DNA from: an uncultured Planctomycetota bacterium
Lineage (GTDB): Bacteria > Planctomycetota > Planctomycetia > Isosphaerales > Isosphaeraceae
DNA: 64,000 bases
Reading direction: 5' to 3'
NCBI GenBank assembly: GCA_963819805.1
Contig: CAWFXY010000047.1
Span: 13,040 to 77,039, forward strand
The translations under genes and the position numbers were made by a program. Below, one piece after another: positions 43,696 to 53,711 of this stretch. Numbering within the stretch: the stretch's first letter is position 1; every line of letters starts with the position of its first letter. Below the pieces are notes generated by a model, which saw only the letters and a list, made by a program, of their open reading frames with translations, was not told the origin of the DNA and did no database searches.

Positions 43696-43788
43696 GCGAG
43701 TCTCCTCGCCCAGCAACGAACGACGCCGGTCTCGACGCTTCTCAGCACGGCTCGGGCGGAGTGACGGCTCGTCCCACGGCGGGGTCGA
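43696..43788. repeat. dispersed repeat copy 2 (core 43749-43781)
   Basis: See copy 1. This copy abuts the truncation point of the RND gene stub. Confidence 0.8.
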
Positions 43789-43859
43789 CCAGTCCACCAA
43801 CTCCCCCCTCGTCCCGACGCCACGCCCAAGCTTGATGGCTCGAGAATCGATGCGGATCA

Positions 43860-43965
43860 TAGCGGATGACATCCGGGCGATGGCCACGAAGCTGGCGAGG
43901 GCGACGGCGGCGACCATGACCATCACCGTCAGCGGCCGCCGCATGGCGAAGACGATCGGGTTCAT
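43860..43965 (-). pseudogene. RND efflux permease, N-terminal stub only (about 35 codons)
   Basis: ATG 43965 opens MNPIVFAMRRPLTVMVMVAAVALASFVAIARM, the canonical AcrB-family N-terminus. Homology is then lost around 43850 and the frame runs into repeat copy 2. Confidence 0.6.
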
Positions 43966-44027
43966 TGGGCCGGTCCCTCGGGTCACGCCCGGAGCTGAGA
44001 GCGATACGTCAGGGCGAACGCGGAAAG

Positions 44028-44579
44028 TCAGAGCGGCCAGTTGGCCTTGGGGTCGAAGTTCATGACGCGGGTCGCGGGCTCGGCCGGCACCTGCGGCCTG
44101 AGATACGGCTTGTCCGCCGTCTTGTGGCACGAGTAGCAGACCGTGAGGCTGTCCTTGTAGAGCCGCTCGAAGCCGGCCCGGTCCTTGCCGTCGATGACCT
44201 GCTTGAGCTGTGCGAGCTGGCTGTTCTCGAAGGCTCCGAGGATGTTCGTGAGGTTGATCTCGCGGCCCTGGTTGTCCTTGCGGATCGGTATGCGTCGGAC
44301 CGCCCAATGGAGGTGCGACTTGGTCTCCCCCAGGTAGAAGTCGGCGAGCGGCCAGTTCTCGGCCCGACCGGCGAACCAGAGGTTCGTGAAGTGCTCGCCG
44401 ACGTCGGCCATGATGTGCGCCTGGTCCGGGATGAGCCCCTCCAGCGCCTTGATGCGTGCCTCCATCTCTTCCCGGCCGGTCTGCGACGGGCCGGCGGCGG
44501 GGGCCACCCGGTCACATCCGGCGGAGGCGGCCGTGAGGAAGGAAATACTCATGATCATCACTGCATGTCGTCGCGTCAT
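44028..44579 (-). CDS. lipoprotein with C-terminal CxxCH (class II / four-helix-bundle cytochrome c-like, tentative)
   Basis: 183-aa intact ORF. The lipobox is LTAASAGC and a single heme motif, CYSCH, lies near the C-terminus. The start overlaps the PadR stop. Confidence 0.6.
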   Translation of the reverse strand: MTRRHAVMIMSISFLTAASAGCDRVAPAAGPSQTGREEMEARIKALEGLIPDQAHIMADVGEHFTNLWFAGRAENWPLADFYLGETKSHLHWAVRRIPIRKDNQGREINLTNILGAFENSQLAQLKQVIDGKDRAGFERLYKDSLTVCYSCHKTADKPYLRPQVPAEPATRVMNFDPKANWPL

Positions 44580-44950
44580 CGTGGTCCCCTTGAGCGGGTT
44601 TTCTTCTCCCAGTCGTCCGGGTCCTCGCCGCGGGATTCGGACCGGATCGAAGACGTCGGCGGGTCGTCGTGGAGCACTTCCTTGATCAGCTCGCGGAGCT
44701 TCGCCTTGGCCTGCTCCAACGCACGGCCCCCTTCGACGGTGGCCCGGTAATACTTCCGTTGCTTCCCGCCCACGACCACGGTGTGGGACGTGAGGTAGCC
44801 CGCCTCTTCGAGCCTCTGGAGCATCGGGTAGAGGGTGCCAGGCCCGACGTCGTAGCCGTGCCGGCGGAGTTCCACCATCATCTCGACGCCGAAGACGTCC
44901 TCGCTGGTCGCGTGATAGAGGATGTGCATCCGCACAAACCCGCCGTTCAC
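44576..44950 (-). CDS. PadR-family transcriptional regulator
   Basis: 124-aa ORF with the winged-helix signature GPGTLYPMLQRLEEAGYLTS...KRKYYRAT. Confidence 0.85.
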   Translation of the reverse strand: MNGGFVRMHILYHATSEDVFGVEMMVELRRHGYDVGPGTLYPMLQRLEEAGYLTSHTVVVGGKQRKYYRATVEGGRALEQAKAKLRELIKEVLHDDPPTSSIRSESRGEDPDDWEKKTRSRGPR

Positions 44951-44963
44951 ACTCCGGACAGTC

Positions 44964-47900
44964 TCATCGCGGCGGCGCCGATCGCTGGCCCGTCCGGACC
45001 CAGATCGGGCTCGCCCAGGCGAGCTGGCCGTCGTCCTGGACGGCGCGGACGTAGTACCAGCTCAGGCCCGCGGGCGCGCGTCTCGTTGTCGGTCCACGCG
45101 AAGGCGACGCGGGGCGTGTTCGGCTCGGTCGAGTAGACGTAGACGAAGTCCTTGATGACGTCGACCCGCGCGATCGGCCGCGGTGCCGTGGACCATGACC
45201 TTGAGCGTGACCGGGCCCGTCGGCGGCGAACTCGTCGCCCATCAGGTGGTCGCCGCTGCGGACGTCCAGGACGATGTTGTCGGTCGCGCCGTAGCAGTGG
45301 CGGCGTCGGAAGGCGTCGAGGATCGCGCTCGCGGGTGCGCCTCCTCGGCGAGGGCGACGGCGTAGCTGATGTGCGTCGAGATGTGGTCGCTCGACGCCTG
45401 GAAGCCCAGCCGGTACTGCATCGCCAGTGCGTTCCAGACCATCCCGAGCGGCTTCCAGCCGCCGATCGCCTCGCCGGGCCGCCGCGCGACTCGCGGCGCG
45501 CCGAGGTGCTCGTAGGAGTTGCGGTGCCCCTGGTAGATCTCGACGATCGGCTCGTACGTCGGGTTCGACGTCGCGCCAGTCGGTCCCCATGCCGGTGGCC
45601 GAGGTGTGCGAGGCGCAGATGCCGCCGAGCTCCTTCAGGTAGTCGTAGAGCATCGGCGTGTCGGCGTCGACGACGCCCGTCCTTGTCCGACCAGGCGCGG
45701 CAGGGTCCGGACGCCGCGCTTCGGGAACATCACGTTGCGGTGCCCGTGCGGGATAGCTCGACGCTCCGCTCGTAGGTGAACATGGGTGACGAAGCGCGGG
45801 GGCTGTGGTAGAGGTCGGTGGTCTTCTGGACGAGCCACCAGGTGTATTCCTTGCCGCCGCCGTTGTCGTGGTCGCCGTTGCCCATCCAGTCGAAGCCGGC
45901 GGCGTCGATGGCGTAGCGCCACATGTCCTCGAGCGCGCCGTCGCTGCCGCCGTCCATGGAGATCTCGGTGTGCCGGTGGAAGTCGCCCCGGAGGAGTCGG
46001 TAGGTCTTGCCGCCCGCCGTCGACGCGGTAGGCCCGCATCCGGGCGACGTCGGCCGGCTCGTCGGATGGACCGGCGGGGCCGCGGCCTCGGCCCGCGTCG
46101 GCGCCTCCCGCGCCTCGGCCGCACCGGCGTCGGTCCCCGCGGGGACGGGTACTGCGGCGAGGAAGAGGTCGTTGTTGGACAACGCCCGGCGGCGTCCCCG
46201 CCTGCGGTTGATATCGGGCCTGGAGCTCGGGCGTCAGGTCGACCTCGCGGTGCATCCGGCCGTCGGACGAGTAGGCGACGAGCAGCGGCCCGTCGCCGCG
46301 CGGCGACCAGGGCCGGGCGGTTGTCGAGCAGGCCGTCGCTCCGGGGCAGCGGCGTCGGCGGCCCCCAGCGTCGGGCCGGCGAGCGACGGTGACGAATTCG
46401 ACCCAGACCCCACCCACGACCTGCACGGACTTGTTGCCCCAGACGGCCTCCTGGCGGTGGCGGAACGCCAGCCAGACGCGCCCGCGGCGGATCGACCGCG
46501 ATCCGAGGGAAGCTGTTCATGGCCCGGAGCGGCGTTGGTGCGGCTGCCACAGGGTCGGGGGCGTCGAGCACCGACGTCCGTCGACGCACTGCACGCGCAC
46601 GGCGGCTTGCCGGTAGAGGGTCGAGCCCTTGCCGTCGACGAGGTTCTCGGCGTCCTTGCCCCAGTTCTCGGTCCGCTCCTCGTAGGCGACCCACGCCCGC
46701 CCGCGCGGGTCGATCGCCAGGCTCGGACGGGCCTCGTAGCGGGGCGAGCTCGCCACGAGCACCGCCGGACCGGCGCGCCGCCGGCGCCGCAACGCCGCAG
46801 CGACGACGTCGTAGTTCCCGGCGCGGTACGTGTCGAAAGCGACGACGAACCCGCCCCGCGGGTCGACGGCGAGCGACGGCGACCAGTCGTTGACGTCCGG
46901 CTCGCTGACGACCTGGCTGCCGGCGCCGGCCTCGGCCTTGCCGAGCCGGATGTCGGCCTTGCCGTCGGTCCACGACTGCCAGGCCATCCAGACGGCGCCA
47001 TCGCGGTCGACTGCCAGAGACGAGTCGGTGTCGGCGCCGGGGTCGGTCGGTGAGCCGGGCCTCGTCCGACCACGACCCGTCGGCGCCGTCGCAGCGGCGG
47101 GCGTAGAGGTCGAAGTTGCCGCCGCGGTTCTCCGACCAGACGACCACGGCACGCCCCCGGCCGTCGAGCGGCGACGGCCGGACGCCAGACGTCACGCCCT
47201 CCGCCGGTCACGTCGAGCGGCTCGCCGCGCCGTGCCGTCGACAACGCGAACGAGCTTGACCTGGTCGCCCCCGCCCGTCGGGGCGAACTCGGCGAAGTCC
47301 TTCGGCCGGGCGTCGAGCGCGGCGGTGTGCTCTCCGCCCAGCGGCGTGTGAACGACGTAGGCCACCCATGCCCCACCGTTCCCGTCCCCGACGGCGGCCG
47401 GGAAGTCCTCCTGCTCGGGCCCGGCGACGAGCGGAACGGCCGTCGCGACCCGCTGCGCCGAGGCGCGGCCGTCGAGGTACGGACGCACCTCGCCCCGCGC
47501 CAGGTCGGCGAGCCGGACCGAGAAGTTGCCCCGCTCGGTCTCGACGTCCAGGGTCGCGTCGTCGGGGGCCCTGAGCGAGACGACAACGCCGTTAGGCGTG
47601 ACGATCGCCCCGGTCGACGTCGGCCCGGTCGCCTTCTTCTGCGCGGCGGCGCCGGCCGCCTTCTTGGCCGCCGCCTTGCGGATCGTGTGGCTCGTCGCCT
47701 CCCACGAGTCGCGCCCCGTGGTCATGTCGCCCTTGCGGAACCGCCAGCCCTCGACGCCGACGACTTCACCTCTGTCGACCTTGACCCGCCCGTTCCATCG
47801 CCGCGGCGCCTCGTCGCCGACGCCGAGCAGGATCCGGACGGACGTGACCGACGGGTCGAGCGCGGGCCCCGCCGCACCCTTCCTTTCCCCGCCGTCATTC

Positions 47901-47965
47901 TGGCTGACGACGGCCGATGCCCCGATCAGTCCCACGAGCGTCACAAGGGCGACGAGCGATCGCAT
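44964..47965 (-). pseudogene. large secreted beta-propeller + PHP-like metal-hydrolase-domain protein, paralog 1; about 14 frame breaks
   Basis: The signal peptide is MRSLVALVTLVGLIGASA (ORF 47192..47965). Conserved pieces then alternate among all three frames: GRDVWRPAVAA, AVVVWSENRGGNFDLYAR, AVWMAWQSWTDGKADI, FVVAFDTYRAGNYDV, RAWVAYEERTENWGKDAEN, LRGDFHRHTEISMDGGSDGALEDMWRYAIDAAGFDWMGNGDHDNG, GICASHTSATGMGTDW, MVWNALA...QASSDHISTH, CYGATDNIVLDVRSGDHLMG and SWYYVRAVQDDGQLAWASPIWV*. Every piece has a counterpart in paralog 2. Confidence 0.75.
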
Positions 47966-48029
47966 GGCAAGGCTCCTCGACGGGGCATCTCTCTTCGAAC
48001 AGGGAGGGGTCGGGACGACCGGCTCGGGC

Positions 48030-48602
48030 TCATGGCACGTCGGGGTCGTCGCCGGTCTCGACCGTCAGGCCGACCGCCGGCGGCGGCACCTGGACCGGCA
48101 CCCCCTCGGGCGCGATGTAACTGGCCGGGGCCCCGAACCTCGCCGCCGGCTGAAGGCTCATGACCGTCGCAACGTCGGCGACGCGCCAGCCGTCGGCCGT
48201 CTTCTCGACGCGGTACGTCTGGCGCTCGTTGCGGTCGGGGTAGACGGTCTCGACCGCGACCCGCGCGGCGGCATCGCCGTCGGGCTCGGCGGCGAAGATG
48301 GCGTGGCTCTTGCGGGCCGCGGCCGCGCGCTTCAGGTCGTCGGCGAACGTCGACCGCCCCCGCCCTTCGACCTCGCGCTCGAGCCTCGCCATCAAGGGGC
48401 CGGTGAACGCCGCCAGGTAGGCCGCCACGTCCCCCTCCTGGCCGCTTCGAAGCAGACTCCGCACCGTCTCCTCCGCCGGGCTCGCCCCGATCTCGGTGCC
48501 TTGCGGTGCGGGCGTATCGATCTTGACGCCGGTCCGCGACCCCATGACGAGCATCGCCACCAGGATCAGCGCCGTCAGGATGCCCGCGACTATCGGTCTC
48601 AT
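48030..48602 (-). CDS. membrane-anchored hypothetical protein (190 aa)
   Basis: Intact ORF with an N-terminal TM segment, MRPIVAGILTALILVAMLVMG, and a protein-like remainder. Confidence 0.65.
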   Translation of the reverse strand: MRPIVAGILTALILVAMLVMGSRTGVKIDTPAPQGTEIGASPAEETVRSLLRSGQEGDVAAYLAAFTGPLMARLEREVEGRGRSTFADDLKRAAAARKSHAIFAAEPDGDAAARVAVETVYPDRNERQTYRVEKTADGWRVADVATVMSLQPAARFGAPASYIAPEGVPVQVPPPAVGLTVETGDDPDVP

Positions 48603-48652
48603 CGTTCCGACTCACACCGCCGATGGATGCCCCACGAAAGGGCCGCGCCGGC

Positions 48653-49567
48653 TCACTTCTCCCCGATGACGCTCAGGTCGACATCCCGCCCCGGCGCGAC
48701 GACGACCTTGCGCGAGAACTTCGGCAGGAGCTCGGCGACCGCCTCGAGGTAGAGGCGTTGCCGGGCCGCGTAAGGGTTCTTGCGCGACCTCGGCGGCGAG
48801 CCTGGCGAAGCGGTCGGCCTCGCCCCGGGCCGTCTGCACGAGGAGTTCGTGGCGGGCCGCGGCGCGGTCGGCGGTCTCGCGGGCGAGGCCGCGGGCGTCG
48901 GCCAGGGCGCGGTCGTGGTACTCCTCGGCACGGGTCACGGCCTGTCGGCGGTCGCTCCGGGCCCGGGCCACGTCGGCGAACGCCGGCGCCACCAGGGCCG
49001 GCGGCGCGACCCGGACCAGGCGAACGGCCCGCACGGAGATGCCCAGGCCCTGTGCGTCGGCCCCCGCCTGGATCTCGCGCCGTATCCGCTCGGCGACCTC
49101 GGCGCGGCCCGCGGTCAACGCGTCGTCGATCGCCCGGCCCGCCAGGGCCGACGCCAGCGCCGACTCGCCCAGCGCCTCGATCGCCGCGTCGGCCGAGCGG
49201 GACGCGAACAGGTAATCGACCGGGCGGACCACACGGAACTGGATCTGCGCCTGCGCGGCCACCAGGTTCAGGTCGCCCGTGAGGAAGTCGTCGGCGACCG
49301 GGTCGGGCGACCGGCTGAGCGGAGCGGCGTCCGGACCCGCGCACGCCGACGGTCACCGTCCGCGCCTGCTCGCGGGCCACGCGGTCGACCCGGTCGAGGC
49401 CCCGGGGCAAGCCCCAGTGCAGCCCCGGCGCCCAGGGCTCGCCGACGACCGCGCCGAACCGGCGGACGACCCCGACCTCGTCCTGCTGGATCACCGTGAG
49501 TCCCGTGGCTAGGTAGCCGGCCAGCCCCGACCGCGACGACCGCCCACACGACGCGACGGACGCTCAT
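48653..49567 (-). pseudogene. SPFH/band-7 (HflK-like) protein 3, about 3 frame breaks
   Basis: ATG 49567 opens MSVRRVVWAVVAVGAG, continuing as VIQQDEVGVVRRFGAVVGEPWAPGLHWGLP, then LNLVAAQAQIQFRVVRPVDYLF...ISVRAVRLVRVAPP...AFADVARA...RGEADRFARLAAEVA, then KNPYAARQRLYLEAVAELLPKFSRKVVV...*. Confidence 0.7.
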
Positions 49568-50555
49568 GGTCGTCCCCCTTCGACCGGCGACGCGCTGACG
49601 CGCGACCCGACGCCCGACCGGGACGCGGGCGAGCCGGAAGGCGCGGCCACCGGCGAGCCGGCCGGGGGCGTTGATTCGGGGACGCCCTGCGGTAAGCAGC
49701 CTCAGGAACGGGCTGTCGGCCGAGAGGACGAGGGTTGTCCTGGCGTCGAGCGCGGCGCGGTAGGTCTCGAGCGTCTTGAGGAACTGGTAGAAGGCGGGGT
49801 CGGCGGCGTGCGCGTCGTTGGCGATCCGTGCGGCCTGGGCCTCGCCCTCGCCGACGAGCCGGGCGGCGTCGGCCTCGGCTTCGGCGAGGGTCCGGGCCCG
49901 CTCAAGGTCGGCGGCGCTGCGGATCGTCCGCGCCTGGCTCTCGCCCTCGGCCCGCGTCGCCGCCGCCACGCGCCTCCGCTCGCTGCGGATCTGCTCGAAG
50001 ACGGCCGAGCGGACCTCCTCCGGGTAATTCAGCCGCCGCAGCCGGACGTCGACGACCTCCAGGCCGTATTCCTTGCTCGCCTGGTCGGCGATCCGGCCGG
50101 TGGCGCCCGTCATCATCGCGTCGAGCGCCGAGGCGTCGCCCACGCGGATCAGGTCCGTCAGGTCGTGCGCCGACCAGCTCCGCCGCGAGCACCGAGGCGG
50201 CCATGTCCTCGAGCCGGGCCGAGGCGTCGGGCAGGGTGCGGACGGAGCGGAGGAACCGCTCGACATCGGCGATCTTCCAGCTCACGTACCAGGCGACCTC
50301 CAGGTTCTTCTTGTCCTTCGTGAGCATCTCCCGCGGCGGCGGCGCGTCGAGCTGGAGCCGGCGGTCGAACCCACGCCGCGCTCTGCTAGGGCCACTTCCA
50401 GTGCAGCCCGGGCTCCTCGATCAGCCGGACCGGCCGGCCGAACTCGGTGACGTAGACCGTCTCCGTCTGGTCGACACGCGACGGCCGAGCAGCGCGACGG
50501 CCAGCGCGGCGAACAGGCCAACGGATGCGAGGGCGAGGCGGATTCGTTTTCTCAT
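49564..50555 (-). pseudogene. SPFH/band-7 (HflC-like) protein 2, several frame breaks
   Basis: ATG 50555 opens MRKRIRLALASVGLFAALAVALLG, continuing as VDQTETVYVTEFGRPVRLIEEPGLHWKWP, then MLTKDKKNLEVAWYVSWKIAD, then EYGLEVVDVRLRRLNYPEEVRSAVFEQIRSERRRVA...AFYQFLKTLETY. The inferred stop overlaps the next ATG (ATGA at 49567-49564). Confidence 0.7.
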
Positions 50556-50571
50556 GAGATGTCCCGGCCCT

Positions 50572-51637
50572 TCAATCATCGGGCTCCATCAGGGCACGCG
50601 CGGGCATCGCCGGCGCCCCGGGCTTCGCTGGCCCGAGGCCCTCGACGTCGCCCAGCCAGACATGCCGCCGGCCGCCGGCCTTCGGGTCGAGGATGAGCTT
50701 GGGGCGGCCGGCGTAGGCGGCGGCGAAGGTGTCCCAAAGCAGGCGGAATTCGGTCAGGTCGGCCCGCGCGGCGTGGGCCGAGGCGCGGGCGAGGAAGGCG
50801 CGGCGGTCTCCCTCGGCGCGGCTCGCGAGCGGTGTGCCCGCGTGCTGTGGCGGCATCGCGCCTGGCCTGCGCCTCGGACCAGCCCGACCAGTGTTGTTCG
50901 GCGGAGTACGCCTCGGCCTCGTTGCGGTAGCGGGCCGCATCGGAGACGGCCGCGGAGACGTCGCGGTAGGCCGGCACGACCTCGCGCGGCGGGTGGGCGT
51001 CGGTCACACGGACCCGATCGACGGCGACGCCCAGCCCAGTCTCCGCCAGCCGTCGGCGGAGCCTCGCCTCGACGTCGGTCTCGAACCGACGCCGGCCCGC
51101 CGCCAGGATGTCTTCGAGCGGCGTCCGGCCGACCGCCTCGCGGAACGCCCCTTCGGCCGCCGCCCCGACCGACGCATCGACCGACGCCACCCCGAAGACG
51201 AGCGCCGCCGCCCCCTCCTCGGTCAGCCGGTACTCGACCACGCCGGCCAGCTCGACGAGGTTCTCGTCGCCGGTGAAGAACAGCGCCGACTCGTCGCGCG
51301 CGGCCCCATGCGTCGCGCTCCAGGCCACCGGCCCCCGCCCGCCGGCCGTCGGTGACGGCCCGACCCGCGCGAGGCGGACCGCGTCGGGCTCGACCTTCGT
51401 CACCCTCTCCACCGGCGCCGGCCATCGGACGTGAAGCCCCGGCCCCAACCGGGTCGGCACGAGACGGCCGAAACGCTGGAGCAGGCCGATCTCGCCCGGC
51501 CCGACGAGGGTGATGCCGGACGCCGCGTAGAGACCGACCGACGCCACCACCAACGTCCGCGTCAGGCCCCGCCAGTGGTTCCACGCCCAGTCGAACCCGG
51601 CCGACGGGCGGCACGAGCGGCAATACGTGAGCGACAC
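50572..51637 (-). pseudogene. SPFH/band-7 (HflK-like) protein 1, one frame break
   Basis: ORF 50576..51637 carries the TM segment LTRTLVVASVGLYAASGI, GLLQRFGRLV...GLHVRWPAPVERV and VRVTDAHPPREVVPAYRDVSAA...RNEAEAY. A break at ~50860-50880 leads into the frame of ORF 50572..50940 (...DRRAFLARASAHAARADLTEFRLLWDTFAAAY...*). Confidence 0.7.
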
Positions 51638-53698
51638 GCCCCGAGGCGCGGACGACGCCCAACTGCCCCCATCGCTCGAATCCGAGCAGGCGGATCGCGT
51701 TGAGCAGGACGAGCAGCGAGCCGACCTGGTGCATGATCGCCGCGGCGACCGGGCCGAGGACTCGCAGGCCGGCCAGGACGACGGCCAGCCCGTTCAGCCC
51801 GAAGGCGAAGAGGAGGATGTTCTGGCGGATCACGCGCACCGTCTGCCGCGCCAGGCGGATCGCCTCGGGCAGCGGTTCGAGCGGGTCGCCCATCAGGACG
51901 ACCGAGCCGGCCTCGGCGGCGATGTCGACGCCGACGCCGCCGAGCGCCAGGCCGACGTCGGCCGTCGCCAGCGCCGGGGCGTCGTTGATGCCGTCGCCGA
52001 TCATCGCGACGACGCGCCCCTCGGCCTGCCGCCGCGCGATCCACTCGGCCTTCCCGGCCGGGGTCAGCTCGGCCTCGACCTGCTTGATGTGGACCTTCTT
52101 CGCCACGGCCCGCGCCGGGGCGGGGCGGTCGCCGGTCAGGATCGTCAGGTCCTTGAGGCCGAGATGTTTCAGGTCGTGGATGACGTCGTGCGCCTCGGCG
52201 CGGACCCGGTCGCGCGCCCCGATCGCCCCGACGATGCGCTCCGTCCATCGGCGACGAGCAGGGCCGTCTGGCCCGAGTCGTCGAGCGCCCTGCAGAGCCG
52301 ACTCGACCTCGGCCGCGACCTCCAGCCCCTGCTCGCGGACGAGCCGCAGGTTGCCGACGAGGACACGGACGGCCGCCGCCGTCGCGGAGCATGGCCCGGA
52401 CCCCCGCGCCGGGCTGGGCCTGGAAGTCGTCGACGTCGGCGAGCGTCGAGCCCGCGCGACCGCGCCTCGGCCACGAGCAGCGGCGCCAGGGGGTGCTCGC
52501 TCGGCTCGCTCGGCCGACGGCGGCGAGCCAGAGGACGCTCGTCGGCGTCCGCGCCGTCGAACGCGAGGACGTCGCCGATCTCGGGCCGCCCCTCGGTCAG
52601 CGTCCCGGTCTTGTCGAAGGCGAGCGCGTCGACCCGCGCCAGCCGCTCGAGCGCCGCCCCTCCCTTGACCAGGACCCCGCGCCGGGCCAGCCGCGCCGTC
52701 GCGGCGAGCACGGCCGCGGGCGTCGCCAGGATCAGGGCGCACGGGCAGGCGACCACCAGCACGGCCAGGGTCGGCATCAGGTCGATCGCCGGCGCCACGC
52801 CCGTCGCGACACCAGGCCACAGAGCCGGGCCGCGTTGGTGCCGAGGAAGACGACGGCCGCGGCCGTCGAGGACGGCCGGCAGGAACATCCGCGCGTAGCG
52901 GTCGGCCGTCCGCTCCAGCGGCGACTTGTTCCGCTGCGCCTCGGCCAGCAGGCGGATCACCTGGCCCAGCGTCGTCTCCGTCCCGACCTTCTCGGCCCGG
53001 ACCTCCAGCCGGCCGAACTGGTTGACCGTGCCGGTGAAGACCGGGTCGCCCTCGCCCTTGTCGACCGGCAGGCCCTCGCCGGTCAGCACGCTCTGGTCGA
53101 CGGCCGACCGCCCGGCGACGACCGTCCCGTCGGCCGCGATCCGCTCGCCGGGCCGGACGACCAGGCGGTCGCCCGACGCGCGAGCGCATCGGCCGCGATC
53201 TCGACCTCCTCGTCGCCCCGGATCACCCGCGCCGTTCTCGGCCGGTACTCCAGGAGCCCTCTGGATCGACCGCTGCGCCCGCTCGAAGGTGAACGCCTCC
53301 AGGCACTCGCCGACCAGCGCGATGAAGACGACCTCGGCCGCGACGAAGTACTCGCCCATCAGGCCAGCCGCGATGCACGCGACGGCCAGCGCGATGTCGG
53401 CGCCGACCCGTCCCTCGAGCAGAGCCGCCAGCGCCAGGTAGACCACCCGCCCGCCGCCGATCACCGCCGCGATCAGCGAGAGCGAGACGCCGAACGGCCT
53501 CCGGTACGCCTCGATCCCCGCGAGGCCCAGCGCCAGGTCGAGACCGAGCAACAGCCCCACGACCACCGTCGTCGCCACGAGCGCCCGCAGCTCGGCCGCG
53601 TGGTCGTGATCGCGATGGCGGTCGTGGTGGTGATCGTGGTGGTGATGGTCGTAGGTGTAGCCCGCGGCCATCAACCCCGGCTGGAATTCCCGGTGCAC
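51638..53698 (-). pseudogene. heavy-metal P1B-type ATPase with His-rich N-terminus, at least 6 frame breaks; 3' end not resolved
   Basis: ATG 53698 is followed by YDHHHHDHHHDRHRDHDH. Family motifs are TGEGLPV, the CPC motif VVACPCALILATP, DKTGTLT, MIGDGINDAPALA and VRVIRQNILLFAFGLN. Two pairs of compensating breaks lie at ~53180-53260 and ~52810-52870, with further breaks between 52500 and 52170. Confidence 0.8.
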
Positions 53699-53711
53699 GT
53701 CGGGGCGTCCC

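Noticed and set aside
39668-43788. Diversity-generating-retroelement template/variable repeat pair
   Set aside because: Mismatches between the two copies involve all four bases rather than adenine-specific substitutions, and no reverse transcriptase gene is nearby.
43828-43851. Cluster of AAGCTT, CTCGAG and ATCGAT (HindIII, XhoI, ClaI sites) within 24 bp, exactly at the RND truncation point, suggesting an engineered scar or polylinker
   Set aside because: The ATCGAT is explained by the native codons Arg-Ile-Asp of the permease N-terminus. The order and spacing do not match a polylinker I can name, and no vector-like sequence flanks it. It remains a curiosity and could be checked against vector databases.
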